In this document: positions 45,601 to 54,596 of the stretch, piece after piece
Layout: each line of letters opens with the position of its first letter
Position numbering within the stretch: the stretch's first letter is position 1
Source of the DNA: an uncultured Acidobacteriota bacterium
GTDB lineage: Bacteria; Acidobacteriota; Thermoanaerobaculia; Multivoradales; UBA5704
NCBI GenBank assembly: GCA_963770895.1
Contig: CAVYRF010000002.1
Span: 3,584,001 to 3,648,000 of the forward strand
Length of the DNA: 64,000 nucleotides
Reading direction: 5' to 3'
The notes under the pieces: generated by a model
Database searches by the model: none
What the model was told of the DNA's origin: nothing
What the model saw: the letters and a program-made list of their open reading frames with translations, nothing else
Position numbers and translations under genes: made by a program

Positions 45601-47345
45601 ATGTAGTGCCGGCCCAGGAACTCTTCGCTGGCGCGGGTGCGGTCGGCGGGGTCGGTGCGCGACAGGGCGTCCCAGGCTTCGCGGGCCTGGCGCCCCTCCG
45701 CCACCTCGATCTCGCGGCCGATCTGGTCCACCGGCCAACCGGCGGCGAACAGGTCGAGGTGCACGTACCCCAGGGTCAGGTCGTGCAGCACCAGCACGCC
45801 GGGCCAGCGGCGGATGGCCTCCAGCATGAAGACGTGGAACATGGAGGCGCCCAGCTGGTAGATCACGGCGTCGAACGGCTGGCGCCGCCGGCGGCGCTCG
45901 AAGGCGGTGTAGTGGAAGACCGGCCAGGCGGTGACCAGCTCCTGGTCCGGCAGGTAGCCGTCGTCGACGAACAGCTCCAGGTCCGCCGCCGGCGCCAGCG
46001 CGCCCAGCAGCTCGGCGGTGTAGTCGGAGATGCCGCTGGCGATCGGCGGCAGCGGTCCCCAGAATGCCAGGCGCAGGCGGCGCGGCGGCGCCGGTTGCCG
46101 CCCGCGCGGCGGCAGGGGGCGGGGGGGGCGCGCCGCGTCGTCGTCAGCGATGGCCTGCCGGTAGCTTTGCAGCGTGGCCTCACCCAGGCGGCGCGGCGTG
46201 AAGCCGGCGGCGCGCGCCAGGCCGGCGGCGCGCAGATCGCGGCGCAAGCCGGGGTCGCCGTCGAGCTGGGCGAAGGCGCGGGCGAAGCTGGCCGGGTCTT
46301 CGGGGTCGACCAGCAGGCCGGCCTGGCCCACCACTTCCGCCGGCGCCCCGGCGCCGGCGGCGATGACCGGCGCGCCGCAGCGCATCGCCTCGAGCGCCGG
46401 CATGCCGAAGCCTTCGTAGCGCGACGGCAGCACGAAGAAATGGCAGGCGTTGTAGAGCGCCGCCAGCTCGCGGTCGGCGACGAAGCCGGGGACGATGGTC
46501 TGGTCCCGAATGCCCAGGTCGAGCAGCCAGCGCTCGACGACATGGCGCCCGGCCAGGTCGAAGTCGCCGACCACCACCAGCGGGTGGCGGCGGCGCCACG
46601 GCTCCGGCATCGCGGCGAAGGCGCGCAAGAGCGTCAGCGCGTTCTTGGCGTGGTGGAGGTGGGTGAGCGACAGCACGAAGTCTTCGGGCAGCGGCACGCG
46701 GTGCCGGAGGTCCGTCAGGGCGGCCGCCACGGCCGGCGCGTCGAGCGGCCGGAACCAGGGTTCGGCGATCGGGTAGGCGACGTCGATGCGCCGGCGGTCG
46801 ATGCCCAGCTGGTCGGCGGCTTCGTCGCGCGCAAAGCTGGAGATGGCCAGCAGGCGGTCGGCGAAGCGCAGCGCCCGCGTCGTGCGCAGGTAGCGCGCCA
46901 GCTCCGCGCCGCGAAAGTAGCGGTCGCGGTAGATCAGCGGGATCAGGTCGTAGTGCGTCGCGACCAGGGCGCAGCTGTCGCAGCGCCAGAAGGCAGGCTC
47001 CGCGTTCTGAAACGGCGTCGTGGCATGGAAGAGGTCCAGCCCCAGGTCGGCAAGCAGCCCTGAAAGGGCGGCGGCATGGCGCAACAGGTCGCGCTCGGCG
47101 TGAGGCTCGCCCTGGCCGGTCAAACCGGGTGGCAGGCTCGCCCGCGAGACGTTGGGCGCGGCGGCGATCTCGGGCAGCAGCAGCTCGGGATCGCCGTCGG
47201 GCGCCAGCAGCAGCACGAACTGGTGCTGCCGCGCCTCCGGCAGGCGCAGGACTTCGCGCAGCTGCTGCTGGGTGAAGCGCCCCATGCCGCGGTCGACCGT
47301 GGCGCGGCCGCCGGACAGCATGCGGAAATCGACCCCGAATCGCAT
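42690..47345 (-). CDS. Multidomain polysaccharide enzyme: GT4-GT4-SAM methyltransferase-coiled coil
   Basis: GT4 no.1 (RG.GR, YDLIP, PSRYEGFGMP.LEAM); GT4 no.2 (PLPP..SGI.DY, YQLG.S.FH, VLHD, VNLRFP); methyltransferase (LGVGAG.E, ATDLY, MDG..L.F.D..F, SIEHFG, RVL.PGG); heptad-rich tail. ATG 47345. Confidence 0.9.
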   Translation of the reverse strand: MRFGVDFRMLSGGRATVDRGMGRFTQQQLREVLRLPEARQHQFVLLLAPDGDPELLLPEIAAAPNVSRASLPPGLTGQGEPHAERDLLRHAAALSGLLADLGLDLFHATTPFQNAEPAFWRCDSCALVATHYDLIPLIYRDRYFRGAELARYLRTTRALRFADRLLAISSFARDEAADQLGIDRRRIDVAYPIAEPWFRPLDAPAVAAALTDLRHRVPLPEDFVLSLTHLHHAKNALTLLRAFAAMPEPWRRRHPLVVVGDFDLAGRHVVERWLLDLGIRDQTIVPGFVADRELAALYNACHFFVLPSRYEGFGMPALEAMRCGAPVIAAGAGAPAEVVGQAGLLVDPEDPASFARAFAQLDGDPGLRRDLRAAGLARAAGFTPRRLGEATLQSYRQAIADDDAARPPRPLPPRGRQPAPPRRLRLAFWGPLPPIASGISDYTAELLGALAPAADLELFVDDGYLPDQELVTAWPVFHYTAFERRRRRQPFDAVIYQLGASMFHVFMLEAIRRWPGVLVLHDLTLGYVHLDLFAAGWPVDQIGREIEVAEGRQAREAWDALSRTDPADRTRASEEFLGRHYMLRSLIDASLAQIVHLPRAAQEIEERYPRARVFSFPMGVEDPRISHPAGDAASLRRFYNLPADAFIVGTFGIADPVKRIEAALQAVARIAPQVPGAMLIVVGRFSRPAYRIRLKEVARDLGIASRLRLFEQVAKGDFYRLLLACDAVVNLRFPFRKQMSATLLRAIAAGRPVAVTDVADWDHLPARFCYRIKPDDQEAVHLAGWLAGLAADPGHAAAAGRAAREYHLAHGTLQQMADHYRAVIEELTERPAHQLPPEAAATGAGADPAADAGADAGEGGGLAHNKVCAIEDFRDPELAALIRDIFPHEAAVRGADFPAGTEDRKHWEIAMSVRALRRYGALRPDATLLGVGAGSELTCFYLTRHVARVIATDLYLGPGQWQEASTLMLTRPQELCPYPFESWKLTVQHMDGRVLDFPDDTFAGVFASGSIEHFGGLADVAAAAYEIGRVLAPGGVAVLSTEFLIAGPPGASGWQDVQLFDAAGLRRHIVQASGLEPVDDLVPAVSAATLATSRELLEAARQIGHGERRLPHLVLSHQGQVFCSVHLALRKTPAYPATDNSWARPAADLRQDVARAAAAAGERLRGALAGAATPPATAPTADATPTAPTTQTAPAAPADAAAAPSPSDLAGALERWDAVRRRSSLSAPASGPAPARAWRFLRRAIRRVRDLGVAWDREHDLLRALIDAQAAARIGADAARDAANAARDAAGAALDARIASLGALEAELARLLDMNAERQDLLAALHDVTTRQNTLTARLAGLAVRQDAAEQGLAGHSRSLLAVEQRLPRDRAAAAPRQDNGAHGAHRANGAHPANGAAGAGCTPEALTRLLAVLDQQLPALANTAAVEVSAHSPRAAELHQAAAAHLGSRLADGGGGLPGAGRFPSDAWLHVDLTPGGDHPILLENAAGRLARGGLFLLVTAAPSTATTAVADGGQPHPAPPRHPALRPAGQLDATAALGLPAQVLIWEKV

Positions 47346-47509
47346 GTCCAGGTCAGCGGCGGACGAGGCTCGCGAAGCCAGCGGCGACTTGTGACATTGA
47401 AGCCACAATCATAGCCGACCGCGGCGCGACATGGAACGCCGGGGGGGTGGCACCCACCCGTGGACACCCCGGGGGAGCAAGCGATCGCGTGACAGCCGGC
47501 AGATCCTGC

Positions 47510-47539
47510 TGGACAGGTGGCGGAGCGGACCCATACACT
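47510..47539 (+). promoter_or_regulatory. Candidate sigma70 promoter
   Basis: TGGACA-N18-TACACT upstream of the beta-helix gene. Confidence 0.35.
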
Positions 47540-47601
47540 AGGAGCGGTTCCAAAAAACCGTGGACATGCCTGCCAGAGGGCAGGCAAGGAGGGTTGTTGC
47601 A

Positions 47602-48534
47602 ATGAGATCTGAACGGCTCCGAGTGCTCGGGTTGACTCTGCTCCTGCTGCTGACTTTGACGACGCTTGCCCATGCGCAGGCGACGCGGACCTGGGTGTCT
47701 GGGGTGGGCGACGACGCCAACCCGTGCAGCCGCACGGCCCCCTGCAAGACGTTCGCCGGCGCCATCTCCAAGACCGCCGCCGGCGGTGAGATCAACGTGC
47801 TGGATCCGGGCGGATTCGGCGCCTTGACCATCACCAAGGCGATTTCGATCGAGGCTGACGGACTGATCGCCGGCGTGCTGGTGTCGGGCACCAACGGCTT
47901 CGTCATCGCGGCCGGGGCGACCGACACGGTGACGCTGCGCGGCCTGACGTTCGAGGGCATCGGCACCGGCCTGAACGGGGTCTCGATCCTGTCGGCAGGC
48001 AACGTGCTCATCGATCACTGCTATATCAACGGTTTCACCAACGAGGGCATCAACATCGCGCCCGCCGCGCCGGCGACCGCCACCAACGTGACGATCCAGG
48101 ACACCACGATCAAGGGCACCACGGGCGCCGTCCCCAACGGCTACGGCATCTACGTCAAACCCGCCGCGGGCACGACCGCCAACGTGACGATCAATCGCGT
48201 CACGGCCAACACCAACCAGGCCGGCGCCCTGCGCCTGGAAGGCAGCGCCAGCAAGGCGACGGTGCGCGACAGCAATTTCTCGCTCAACACCGCCGGCAAC
48301 GCCGTGGTGGCCAATACCAGCTCGACGATCAGCATGGACAACACGCTGATCGCGGGCAACGCCAACGGCATTGTCGCCAGCAACTCCGGCACCGTGCGGA
48401 TCAGCAACATTTCGCTCTTCGACAACACCAACAACGCCATCAACGCGACGGGCGGCACGGTGCTGTCGTTCGAGAACAACCGCATCGTCGGCACCATCAC
48501 CGGCGGCCCGATCTCGACCCAGGCCCAGCAGTAG
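47602..48534 (+). CDS. Secreted right-handed parallel beta-helix (pectin lyase-fold) protein
   Basis: AAGGAGG RBS; signal peptide ending AHA-Q; TRTWVSGVGDDANPCSRTAPCKTFAGA; Asn/Gly-rich I.N..I..N..G coils. Confidence 0.88.
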   Translation: MRSERLRVLGLTLLLLLTLTTLAHAQATRTWVSGVGDDANPCSRTAPCKTFAGAISKTAAGGEINVLDPGGFGALTITKAISIEADGLIAGVLVSGTNGFVIAAGATDTVTLRGLTFEGIGTGLNGVSILSAGNVLIDHCYINGFTNEGINIAPAAPATATNVTIQDTTIKGTTGAVPNGYGIYVKPAAGTTANVTINRVTANTNQAGALRLEGSASKATVRDSNFSLNTAGNAVVANTSSTISMDNTLIAGNANGIVASNSGTVRISNISLFDNTNNAINATGGTVLSFENNRIVGTITGGPISTQAQQ

Positions 48535-48579
48535 GCAGGCCGCCGTTCGCGGCATGCGGCCGGGAGGCGTGGCGATCGA

Positions 48580-49953
48580 ATGACGCAAACGGCTTTGGAT
48601 GGCGGACCGGCGCGCGCCACGGCGCCGGTCCGTGGCCGCATGTTGCTCGACATGGGCGGCTACCAGTGGGCGGTGCTATTTGCCGCCTGGCTGGGGTGGG
48701 GTTTCGACTGCTTCGACAGCCTGCTGTTCAACTTTGTCGCTCCCAATTGCGTGCCGACGCTGCTCGGCCTGCCGCTGGGGTCGCCGGCAGCCAAGTCGGC
48801 GACGCTGCTGTGGACCGGGATCTTCACCTCGCTGCTGCTGCTGGGGTGGGCGGCGGGCGGCATCCTGATGGGGCACGTGGCGGACCGCATCGGCCGCAGC
48901 CGGACGCTGCTGCTGACCATGCTGATCTATTCGCTCGGCACCGCCGCCTGCGCCCTGGCGCCCAACCTGTGGGTGCTGGGGCTGTGCCGGATGGTGTCCA
49001 GCCTGGGCATCGGCGGTGAATGGGCCGCCGGTGCGGCGATGGTCGCCGAGGTGGTGCCCGAAAAGCGCCGCGTCGAAGCCGGCGCGCTGCTGTACACCTC
49101 GGCGCCGCTGGGGCTGTTCCTGGCCAGCTTCACCAACCTGCAGATCGCCGGCAGGTTCTTCAAGTCCTCGCCGGAAGTTTCATGGCGCTACGTCTTCCTG
49201 GCCGGGCTGGCGCCGGCGGTCGTCGCCATCCTGGTGCGGGTGTTCGTGCGCGAGCCGGAGCGGTGGCGCCTGGTGGCGCAGCGCTCGGCGCGGCCGCGGC
49301 TGCGCGAGCTGTTCACGCCGGAGTACCGGCGGCTGACGCTCGCCGGCTGCCTGATGGCGGGGGTGGCGCTGATCAGCTGGTGGAGCAGCAACGCCTTCAT
49401 CCCGATCATCAGCGGCGGCCTGGCGACGGTCACGGCCAAGGCGCGCGCCCTGGACCGCGTCGCCACGGTGGTGCTGGTCGAGCACTGGAAGTCGGCGGCG
49501 ACCAACTACTTCAACGTCGGCGGCCTGCTGGGCACCCTGCTCACCGTGCCGGCGGCGAAGCTGCTCGGGCGGCGCCCGATGTTCGCCATCTATTACACCG
49601 GCGCGGGGCTGTCGATGCTCGCCGCCTACGGCCTGGACCTGGCGCCCGAAACGCGCCTGGCGATGTACTTTCTGATCGGTCTGACAGCCTTCGGCGTGCT
49701 GGGCAGCTTCACCTACTACCTGCCCGAGCTGTTCCCCACCCGCCTGCGGGGAACCGGCGCCGGATTCACCTACAACGTCAGCCGCGTCGTCGCGGCCGCC
49801 GGGCCGCTGCTCATCGGCAGCATCGCGGCGCAGGGCGCCAACTCCCTGACGACCGCCCTGCGCGCGCTGTTCTATGTCGGGTTTGCGCCGCTTCTGGGCC
49901 TGGCTTTCCTGCCCCTCGCCATCGAAACCAAGGGCCGGCCGCTGGAGGATTGA
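48580..49953 (+). CDS. MFS transporter
   Basis: GWGFD.FD, G..ADRIGR.R, R...LGIGGEW..G...VAE, LGRR, PELFPTRLRGTG; about 12 TM helices. Confidence 0.93.
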   Translation: MTQTALDGGPARATAPVRGRMLLDMGGYQWAVLFAAWLGWGFDCFDSLLFNFVAPNCVPTLLGLPLGSPAAKSATLLWTGIFTSLLLLGWAAGGILMGHVADRIGRSRTLLLTMLIYSLGTAACALAPNLWVLGLCRMVSSLGIGGEWAAGAAMVAEVVPEKRRVEAGALLYTSAPLGLFLASFTNLQIAGRFFKSSPEVSWRYVFLAGLAPAVVAILVRVFVREPERWRLVAQRSARPRLRELFTPEYRRLTLAGCLMAGVALISWWSSNAFIPIISGGLATVTAKARALDRVATVVLVEHWKSAATNYFNVGGLLGTLLTVPAAKLLGRRPMFAIYYTGAGLSMLAAYGLDLAPETRLAMYFLIGLTAFGVLGSFTYYLPELFPTRLRGTGAGFTYNVSRVVAAAGPLLIGSIAAQGANSLTTALRALFYVGFAPLLGLAFLPLAIETKGRPLED

Positions 49954-50065
49954 GCGCGGCCGGGCTGGCCTGGCTGCGCACGCTGCCGGACCCATGCCGG
50001 CACGGCGGGCGCGGTGGGTGCAGCGGGCGGAGCCAGGCCCCGTCTTGCAGGCCGGGGCTGCCGGC

Positions 50066-50857
50066 TTACGGCTTGATCACGTAGTTGACCGTGATGTTGG
50101 TCTTGTTGTGGTTCTGGTCGGTGGCGACGACGATCACCACGTGCGACTTGGCGTCGGTGCTGTCCGCCTTGATCATGCCGGTGGAAGACTGGCCGCCCAG
50201 GGCCATGGTGGCGATGGGCTGCACGTTGAGGCCGTTGGACTTGAGGTGATCCTGATAGAAGGCGACGACCTTGTCGACCGAGTCGGTGGTGGTCATCGAG
50301 AAGGTCTGGGTGGAACCGTCGCTCGAAGAGGTGGCGGACATGCCGCCCTGGACGTCCGCTCCCGGATAGGCCGGCAACCAGGAAGGCAGGCTCTTGGGCG
50401 TGCCGGCGTTGGCGGAAAAGGTCGACTGATTGCCCTTGTCGTCGGTGACCTTCAACACCGCGCCCGAACCCGACCCATTGGCGGCGGTGGCGTCGAAGAC
50501 CGCGGTGCCGCCCTTGTCGCTGGAGAACTTGATCTTGCCGTTCTTGATGTCGTCCATGCTCACCGTGACCGTGTCGTTGGTCTTCTTGTTGTGAACGGTC
50601 AAGGTGTTGGCGGTGTCGTCAGAGCTCACCAGCTCGAGATCGGGGTTGGCCTGCACGATGAGCTTCGCCGTCGCCATGCCAGGGTTCTTCTGGAACGGGT
50701 CGACCACCTTGGTTTTCACGATATATGCGCCGACCACCATCGCGATCACGCCCAGGACCAGAATTGCGCCGCACCCGATCGCGATCCAACCGAGTGGACC
50801 CATACCCTTCTTGGCCGCCGGCTGCACAGGGCCGGGCGGCGGAGATTGCACCGTCAT
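50066..50857 (-). CDS. Single-pass membrane-anchored protein of unknown function
   Basis: KKG..PL.WIAIGCG TM; ANPDLELVS.D, LP.W.P.YPGA, D..DKV..FY. Strong codon bias. Confidence 0.8.
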   Translation of the reverse strand: MTVQSPPPGPVQPAAKKGMGPLGWIAIGCGAILVLGVIAMVVGAYIVKTKVVDPFQKNPGMATAKLIVQANPDLELVSSDDTANTLTVHNKKTNDTVTVSMDDIKNGKIKFSSDKGGTAVFDATAANGSGSGAVLKVTDDKGNQSTFSANAGTPKSLPSWLPAYPGADVQGGMSATSSSDGSTQTFSMTTTDSVDKVVAFYQDHLKSNGLNVQPIATMALGGQSSTGMIKADSTDAKSHVVIVVATDQNHNKTNITVNYVIKP

Positions 50858-51103
50858 GAAAGATCCCCTTTCTGAGGAAGTTGTCCGGCTAAAGCCTGCC
50901 CCTACGCTACCACGCCGCGGCCGGGAGCGCCTCGGTTTTGCGCTTGCGCCAGGTTCGATACGCGCGTTTATCGATTCTCTGCTATGCTTGCGCCGCATTC
51001 CAAGGGATGGGGAGTCGCTGGGTACCGCAAGCCGACGTGCTTCGACATGGTTTGGTGACATGTGGGCACGAGGTTTGAATAGGACTCCGTGCGGAGGTGG
51101 GGC

Positions 51104-51793
51104 ATGAATTACTTTCTGGGCGTCCTGCTACTTTCACTGGTTCCAACCACCGCTCCCTCGAATGGCGTCCAGCCGGCGCCGGCCTCCTTTGACCGTCAGC
51201 TGGAGCGATTCACCCAGCTGGCGATCGAGGGCAAGACCCAGGAGGCGGTCGTCTTCCTGAGAAAGCCCGGATTCCTCAAGGCGGTGGATCGCGAAGGGCA
51301 TACGGCGCTGTTCGGCGCTGCCGTCGCCTGCAACACGGACGTGCTGGACCTGGTGCTGGCCAGCTCGCCGGCGCTCAACCACCGCGATCGCGCTGGCGCC
51401 ACCGCCCTGTTCTACGCCGCCAGCCAGGGGCGCAGCGAAGTGGTGCGACGCCTGGTCGAGCACGGCGCCGACGTCAATCTACCGAACGAGCAGGGGCGGA
51501 CGCCGCTGATGGCGGCGGTGATGATGAATCACCTGGGAGCCAGCCGTCTGCTGCTCAGCGCCCGGGCCGACGTGAACGTGCAGGACAAGAACGGTTCGAC
51601 GGCCCTGATCGAGGCTGTCGAAGGTAGCCATTTCGACCTGGTGAACCTGCTGCTGCAGCACGGCGCCAATCCCCGTCTGGCGCGCAACAACGGCACCACG
51701 CCGCTGCAAGTCGCGCAGATCAAGGCGCAGCCCAAGATGGTCGATCTGCTACGCCACGAAGAAGACGCCACCGATCCCGCAAACCAGCCCTGA
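51104..51793 (+). CDS. Ankyrin-repeat protein with signal peptide
   Basis: Repeats G.T(A/P)L..A......V..L...GADVN x4-5; GGAGG RBS. Confidence 0.92.
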   Translation: MNYFLGVLLLSLVPTTAPSNGVQPAPASFDRQLERFTQLAIEGKTQEAVVFLRKPGFLKAVDREGHTALFGAAVACNTDVLDLVLASSPALNHRDRAGATALFYAASQGRSEVVRRLVEHGADVNLPNEQGRTPLMAAVMMNHLGASRLLLSARADVNVQDKNGSTALIEAVEGSHFDLVNLLLQHGANPRLARNNGTTPLQVAQIKAQPKMVDLLRHEEDATDPANQP

Positions 51794-51887
51794 CATAGCG
51801 CCGGGCACACGCGTCGCGGTCCATCCAGGCCAGTTGGATCCTGGAATGCGGCAGGCGGTTCTGACCTGGCGTCGCCGGGTGCGGTTG

Positions 51888-52487
51888 TCAGCGGGTCCGT
51901 TCGAATTTGATTTCGTCCAGCCAGCTTTCTTTGCCGTTCTCGTACCAGGTCCAATGGGTGGTGAAGTGGTCGGCGTCCACCAGGTGGAGGACCATCTTGT
52001 CCATGTGGCCCGTGTCGCGCGACGGCAGGTTGACCGCGTCGAGGTAGGTGAAGGTCACGGCGTGGCCGGCGTCGTCGAAGCCGGTGGCCGACAGGCGGGG
52101 CGTGCTGCCGAAGGCGCAGTAATGGGTGGCGAGCAGCCGGTTGCCGTCCAGCTGGTAGGTGATGCTCATGCGGTTCTTGCCGGTCGGGTCGTCGCTCGCC
52201 AGGATGTCCTGCTGCAGGACCCTGCCGCCGGCGATGAGGCGGAAGGTGTCGGTCTCCTCGTGCCCCTTGCCGTTGGCGCCCTTCCAGGTGCCCTGCAGGC
52301 CTTTGAGCTGGTCGAAGGTGACGGCGGTCTGGGGGGCGGCCGCCGCCGGCGCGGCGGTGGGTGCAGCGGCAGCACCCAACAGGGCGGGCAAGCTCGCGGC
52401 GGCGATCAGGGTCGCCAGGGCGACGGCCGGCCAGCGCAGGGTCGGCCGGTGGCTGGACAGGGAGACAGGACTGACTCTGCGGACCAT
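51888..52487 (-). CDS. Secreted beta-barrel-like hypothetical protein
   Basis: AAGGAGG RBS; signal peptide; F..LK.L.GTW.G, M...Y..DG..L..THYC..G..PR, GHM. Confidence 0.8.
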   Translation of the reverse strand: MVRRVSPVSLSSHRPTLRWPAVALATLIAAASLPALLGAAAAPTAAPAAAAPQTAVTFDQLKGLQGTWKGANGKGHEETDTFRLIAGGRVLQQDILASDDPTGKNRMSITYQLDGNRLLATHYCAFGSTPRLSATGFDDAGHAVTFTYLDAVNLPSRDTGHMDKMVLHLVDADHFTTHWTWYENGKESWLDEIKFERTR

Positions 52488-52598
52488 GAAGAACCTCCTT
52501 GGCAAGGGGAGGGCAGCCGCGCGGATGGCGGCGCCCTTCAGCATGCAGAGTGCCCGCCGCGCCGGCTTGCGAGACGGTCGCCGGCGGTACGCTCCGGC

Positions 52599-52901
52599 TC
52601 AGCTGCCGCTTTCCCCGCGGCCGGTCGCGAGGCGGCGCCCATAGGCGCTGGCGCTCGCGGCGACCGGCACGCCGACCGCGACTGCCGCGACGATCGACTC
52701 CATGGGCAGGCTCCGCAGCAACCATACCGCCGTGACCGCCGCCACCACGGCATAGATCGCGATCGCCACGCGGCCCAGCGGCGTCAAGCGGCGCGGCCGC
52801 ACGCGGCGCAGGACGCGGGCGTCGAATGCGGGTGAGAGCCGCGGCGCATCCGCGGCCATGGCGTTGGTCAGCAGCCGGTCCATCCCTGCGTCATCGTGCA
52901 T
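52599..52901 (-). CDS. Small two-TM protein, probable anti-sigma factor
   Basis: DRLL..AM...PRLSP.F..RV then two TMs; overlaps the ECF sigma stop. Confidence 0.7.
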   Translation of the reverse strand: MHDDAGMDRLLTNAMAADAPRLSPAFDARVLRRVRPRRLTPLGRVAIAIYAVVAAVTAVWLLRSLPMESIVAAVAVGVPVAASASAYGRRLATGRGESGS

Positions 52902-53481
52902 CGAAACCTCGTTCAGCAAGCATGGCGTGCAGCAGCCGCCTGGCGCGGTGGAGGTATGACTTCACGGTGTTCTCCGGCACATCGAGCATCACCGCGATGT
53001 CGCTTACGCGTGCGCCCAGCCAATAGTGGAGGCGCAGCGCGGACTGGTACACCTCGGGCAGCTCGCCGACGCACGCCAGGACGGCTCGCTGGCGCCGCTC
53101 GTCCTGCAACCGATCGTACGGACCGCGCTCCTGCGACGGTTGCGTCGCCAGCGCCTGGTCGCTCACGTGCGGTGCTCGATTTCGGGCGCGCGCCTTGAGG
53201 TTGAGCGCCTGATTGAACGTGATGCGGTAGATCCACGACCCGAACCTGGCCTCGCCGCGGAACGAGCGTAGAGCATGGTGCACGCGCAGCATCACGTCCT
53301 GGGCGACGTCTTCGGCTTCCGGTACGAGCTCCTGGCCGAGGATGGAAACGGCCAGACGAAACACCGGGTCTCGATAGCGCCGCACCAGCTCGGCAAATGC
53401 GTCGTCGTCGGCCGACTCCCGACACCGTTCGACCAGCCACTCGTCCGCCCGATCGGCGTAGGCGGCAGGATCAGCGCACAC
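52891..53481 (-). CDS. ECF RNA polymerase sigma factor
   Basis: AF.ELV.RY, AEDVAQD, FRGEARF.SWIYRI..N, LP..Y, IA..L..PE.TVKS.LHRAR. Confidence 0.95.
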   Translation of the reverse strand: MCADPAAYADRADEWLVERCRESADDDAFAELVRRYRDPVFRLAVSILGQELVPEAEDVAQDVMLRVHHALRSFRGEARFGSWIYRITFNQALNLKARARNRAPHVSDQALATQPSQERGPYDRLQDERRQRAVLACVGELPEVYQSALRLHYWLGARVSDIAVMLDVPENTVKSYLHRARRLLHAMLAERGFDAR

Positions 53482-53848
53482 GTTCGGAGGCGAGGGCGTA
53501 GTACAGCATCAACCCGATGCCCAGAAGCGCCAGCGGCAGTGGCAGCGGCCAGAGGTCTGGAGCATGCAGCTGCGGCCCGGCCCACCGCAGAGCCAGCATG
53601 GCGCCGCCGCCCAGGGCCAGCCAGACGATGCCGTGCAGCAGGGGGGCCCGCGGGTCCGGCGGCATGCGGACCCTCGGCGGATCGAGCGGCAATTCCGGCA
53701 GCGGAATGCCCTTTTCCATGGCCGCCATGCGCTCCTGGTGGACGATTTCAAGGCGGCTCTGCCGCCCGACGTGGCGGAAGTACAGATACCCCACGAACGC
53801 CACGGCGACCGCCGCGACGACGATGCCATCTCCGATCGAATGTTCCAT
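53471..53848 (-). CDS. Small three-TM protein (DUF6249-like)
   Basis: TM, HQERMAAMEKG.PLPE, L..GIVW...G.G, P...GIG...Y; AAGGAG RBS. Confidence 0.8.
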   Translation of the reverse strand: MEHSIGDGIVVAAVAVAFVGYLYFRHVGRQSRLEIVHQERMAAMEKGIPLPELPLDPPRVRMPPDPRAPLLHGIVWLALGGGAMLALRWAGPQLHAPDLWPLPLPLALLGIGLMLYYALASERVR

Positions 53849-53869
53849 GTCCGTTCTCCTTGCCCTTTG

Positions 53870-53896
53870 GACAAGGCGTGGCGTTCGGCGGTTGCA
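53870..53896 (-). promoter_or_regulatory. Candidate autoregulated ECF promoter
   Basis: Minus strand TGCAAC-N17-TGTC just ahead of the DUF6249-sigma-anti-sigma operon. Confidence 0.5.
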
Positions 53897-53929
53897 GCAG
53901 CCGGCCGCCGGGGCGGCGGGGAGGGGACA

Positions 53930-54550
53930 CTACGGCTGTGCGGTGGCGGCGGGCTTGCGGCAGGTGAGCTGGTCGGCGGCGACCCAGTCGGGGCCGCTCT
54001 TGTTGATCTGCCAGGCGACGGTGAAGACTTCGGGGCTCTGGATCTCGAAGACGAAGCGGTTCCTGGGGTTGGCGTAGCTCACGGCGTCGGTGCCGGTCAT
54101 GACCAGGGTGCGGCCGTGCCAGCCGGGGCTGGTGTAGATGGCGTAGCCGGCGTTGTTGGCGTCCAGCTCGACCAGCTGGTGCCGGGCTTCGTCGCGACCG
54201 ATGAGGTAGTGCGCGACGTACCCCGGCGGGTCGATGTCGGTTTCCACCAGCTCGATCCAGCGGTCGCCGAAGGCGCCCCTGCCTTCGTATTTCGAATGGT
54301 GCGGCCGGGTGCTGGGCTGAAAGCTCCCCTTGCAGTCCCAGGTGCCGGTGAAGCTGAAGCCCGCCGGCGGGTCGGCGAGCAGCGGGGGCGCGTCCGGCGC
54401 CGGCGCCGCGCCGCTCGGGACGGGAGCGCTGGTGGCGCGGCCGGCGGTGCCGCTGGGGATCGGGGCGCTGCCGGCGCCTCGGGCGGCGCCGGTGGCAAGG
54501 ACGGCCAGGATTGCCAGGCCGCCTGCCGCGGCGCGCAGGGTCGATCGCAT
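53930..54550 (-). CDS. Secreted DUF1579-like beta-barrel protein
   Basis: Signal peptide; F.GTWDCKG, D.N.GY...TS.GW.G..L, terminal TCRK. Confidence 0.75.
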   Translation of the reverse strand: MRSTLRAAAGGLAILAVLATGAARGAGSAPIPSGTAGRATSAPVPSGAAPAPDAPPLLADPPAGFSFTGTWDCKGSFQPSTRPHHSKYEGRGAFGDRWIELVETDIDPPGYVAHYLIGRDEARHQLVELDANNAGYAIYTSPGWHGRTLVMTGTDAVSYANPRNRFVFEIQSPEVFTVAWQINKSGPDWVAADQLTCRKPAATAQP

Positions 54551-54596
54551 CCTCGTAGCTCCTTTGCCGCAGGCGGGGGCGCGGCCGCGCCGCCCA

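Noticed and set aside
50884-50896. GGCTAAA resembling a KorB operator half-site
   Set aside because: Only a half-site, not palindromic, and 10 kb from the trb promoter.
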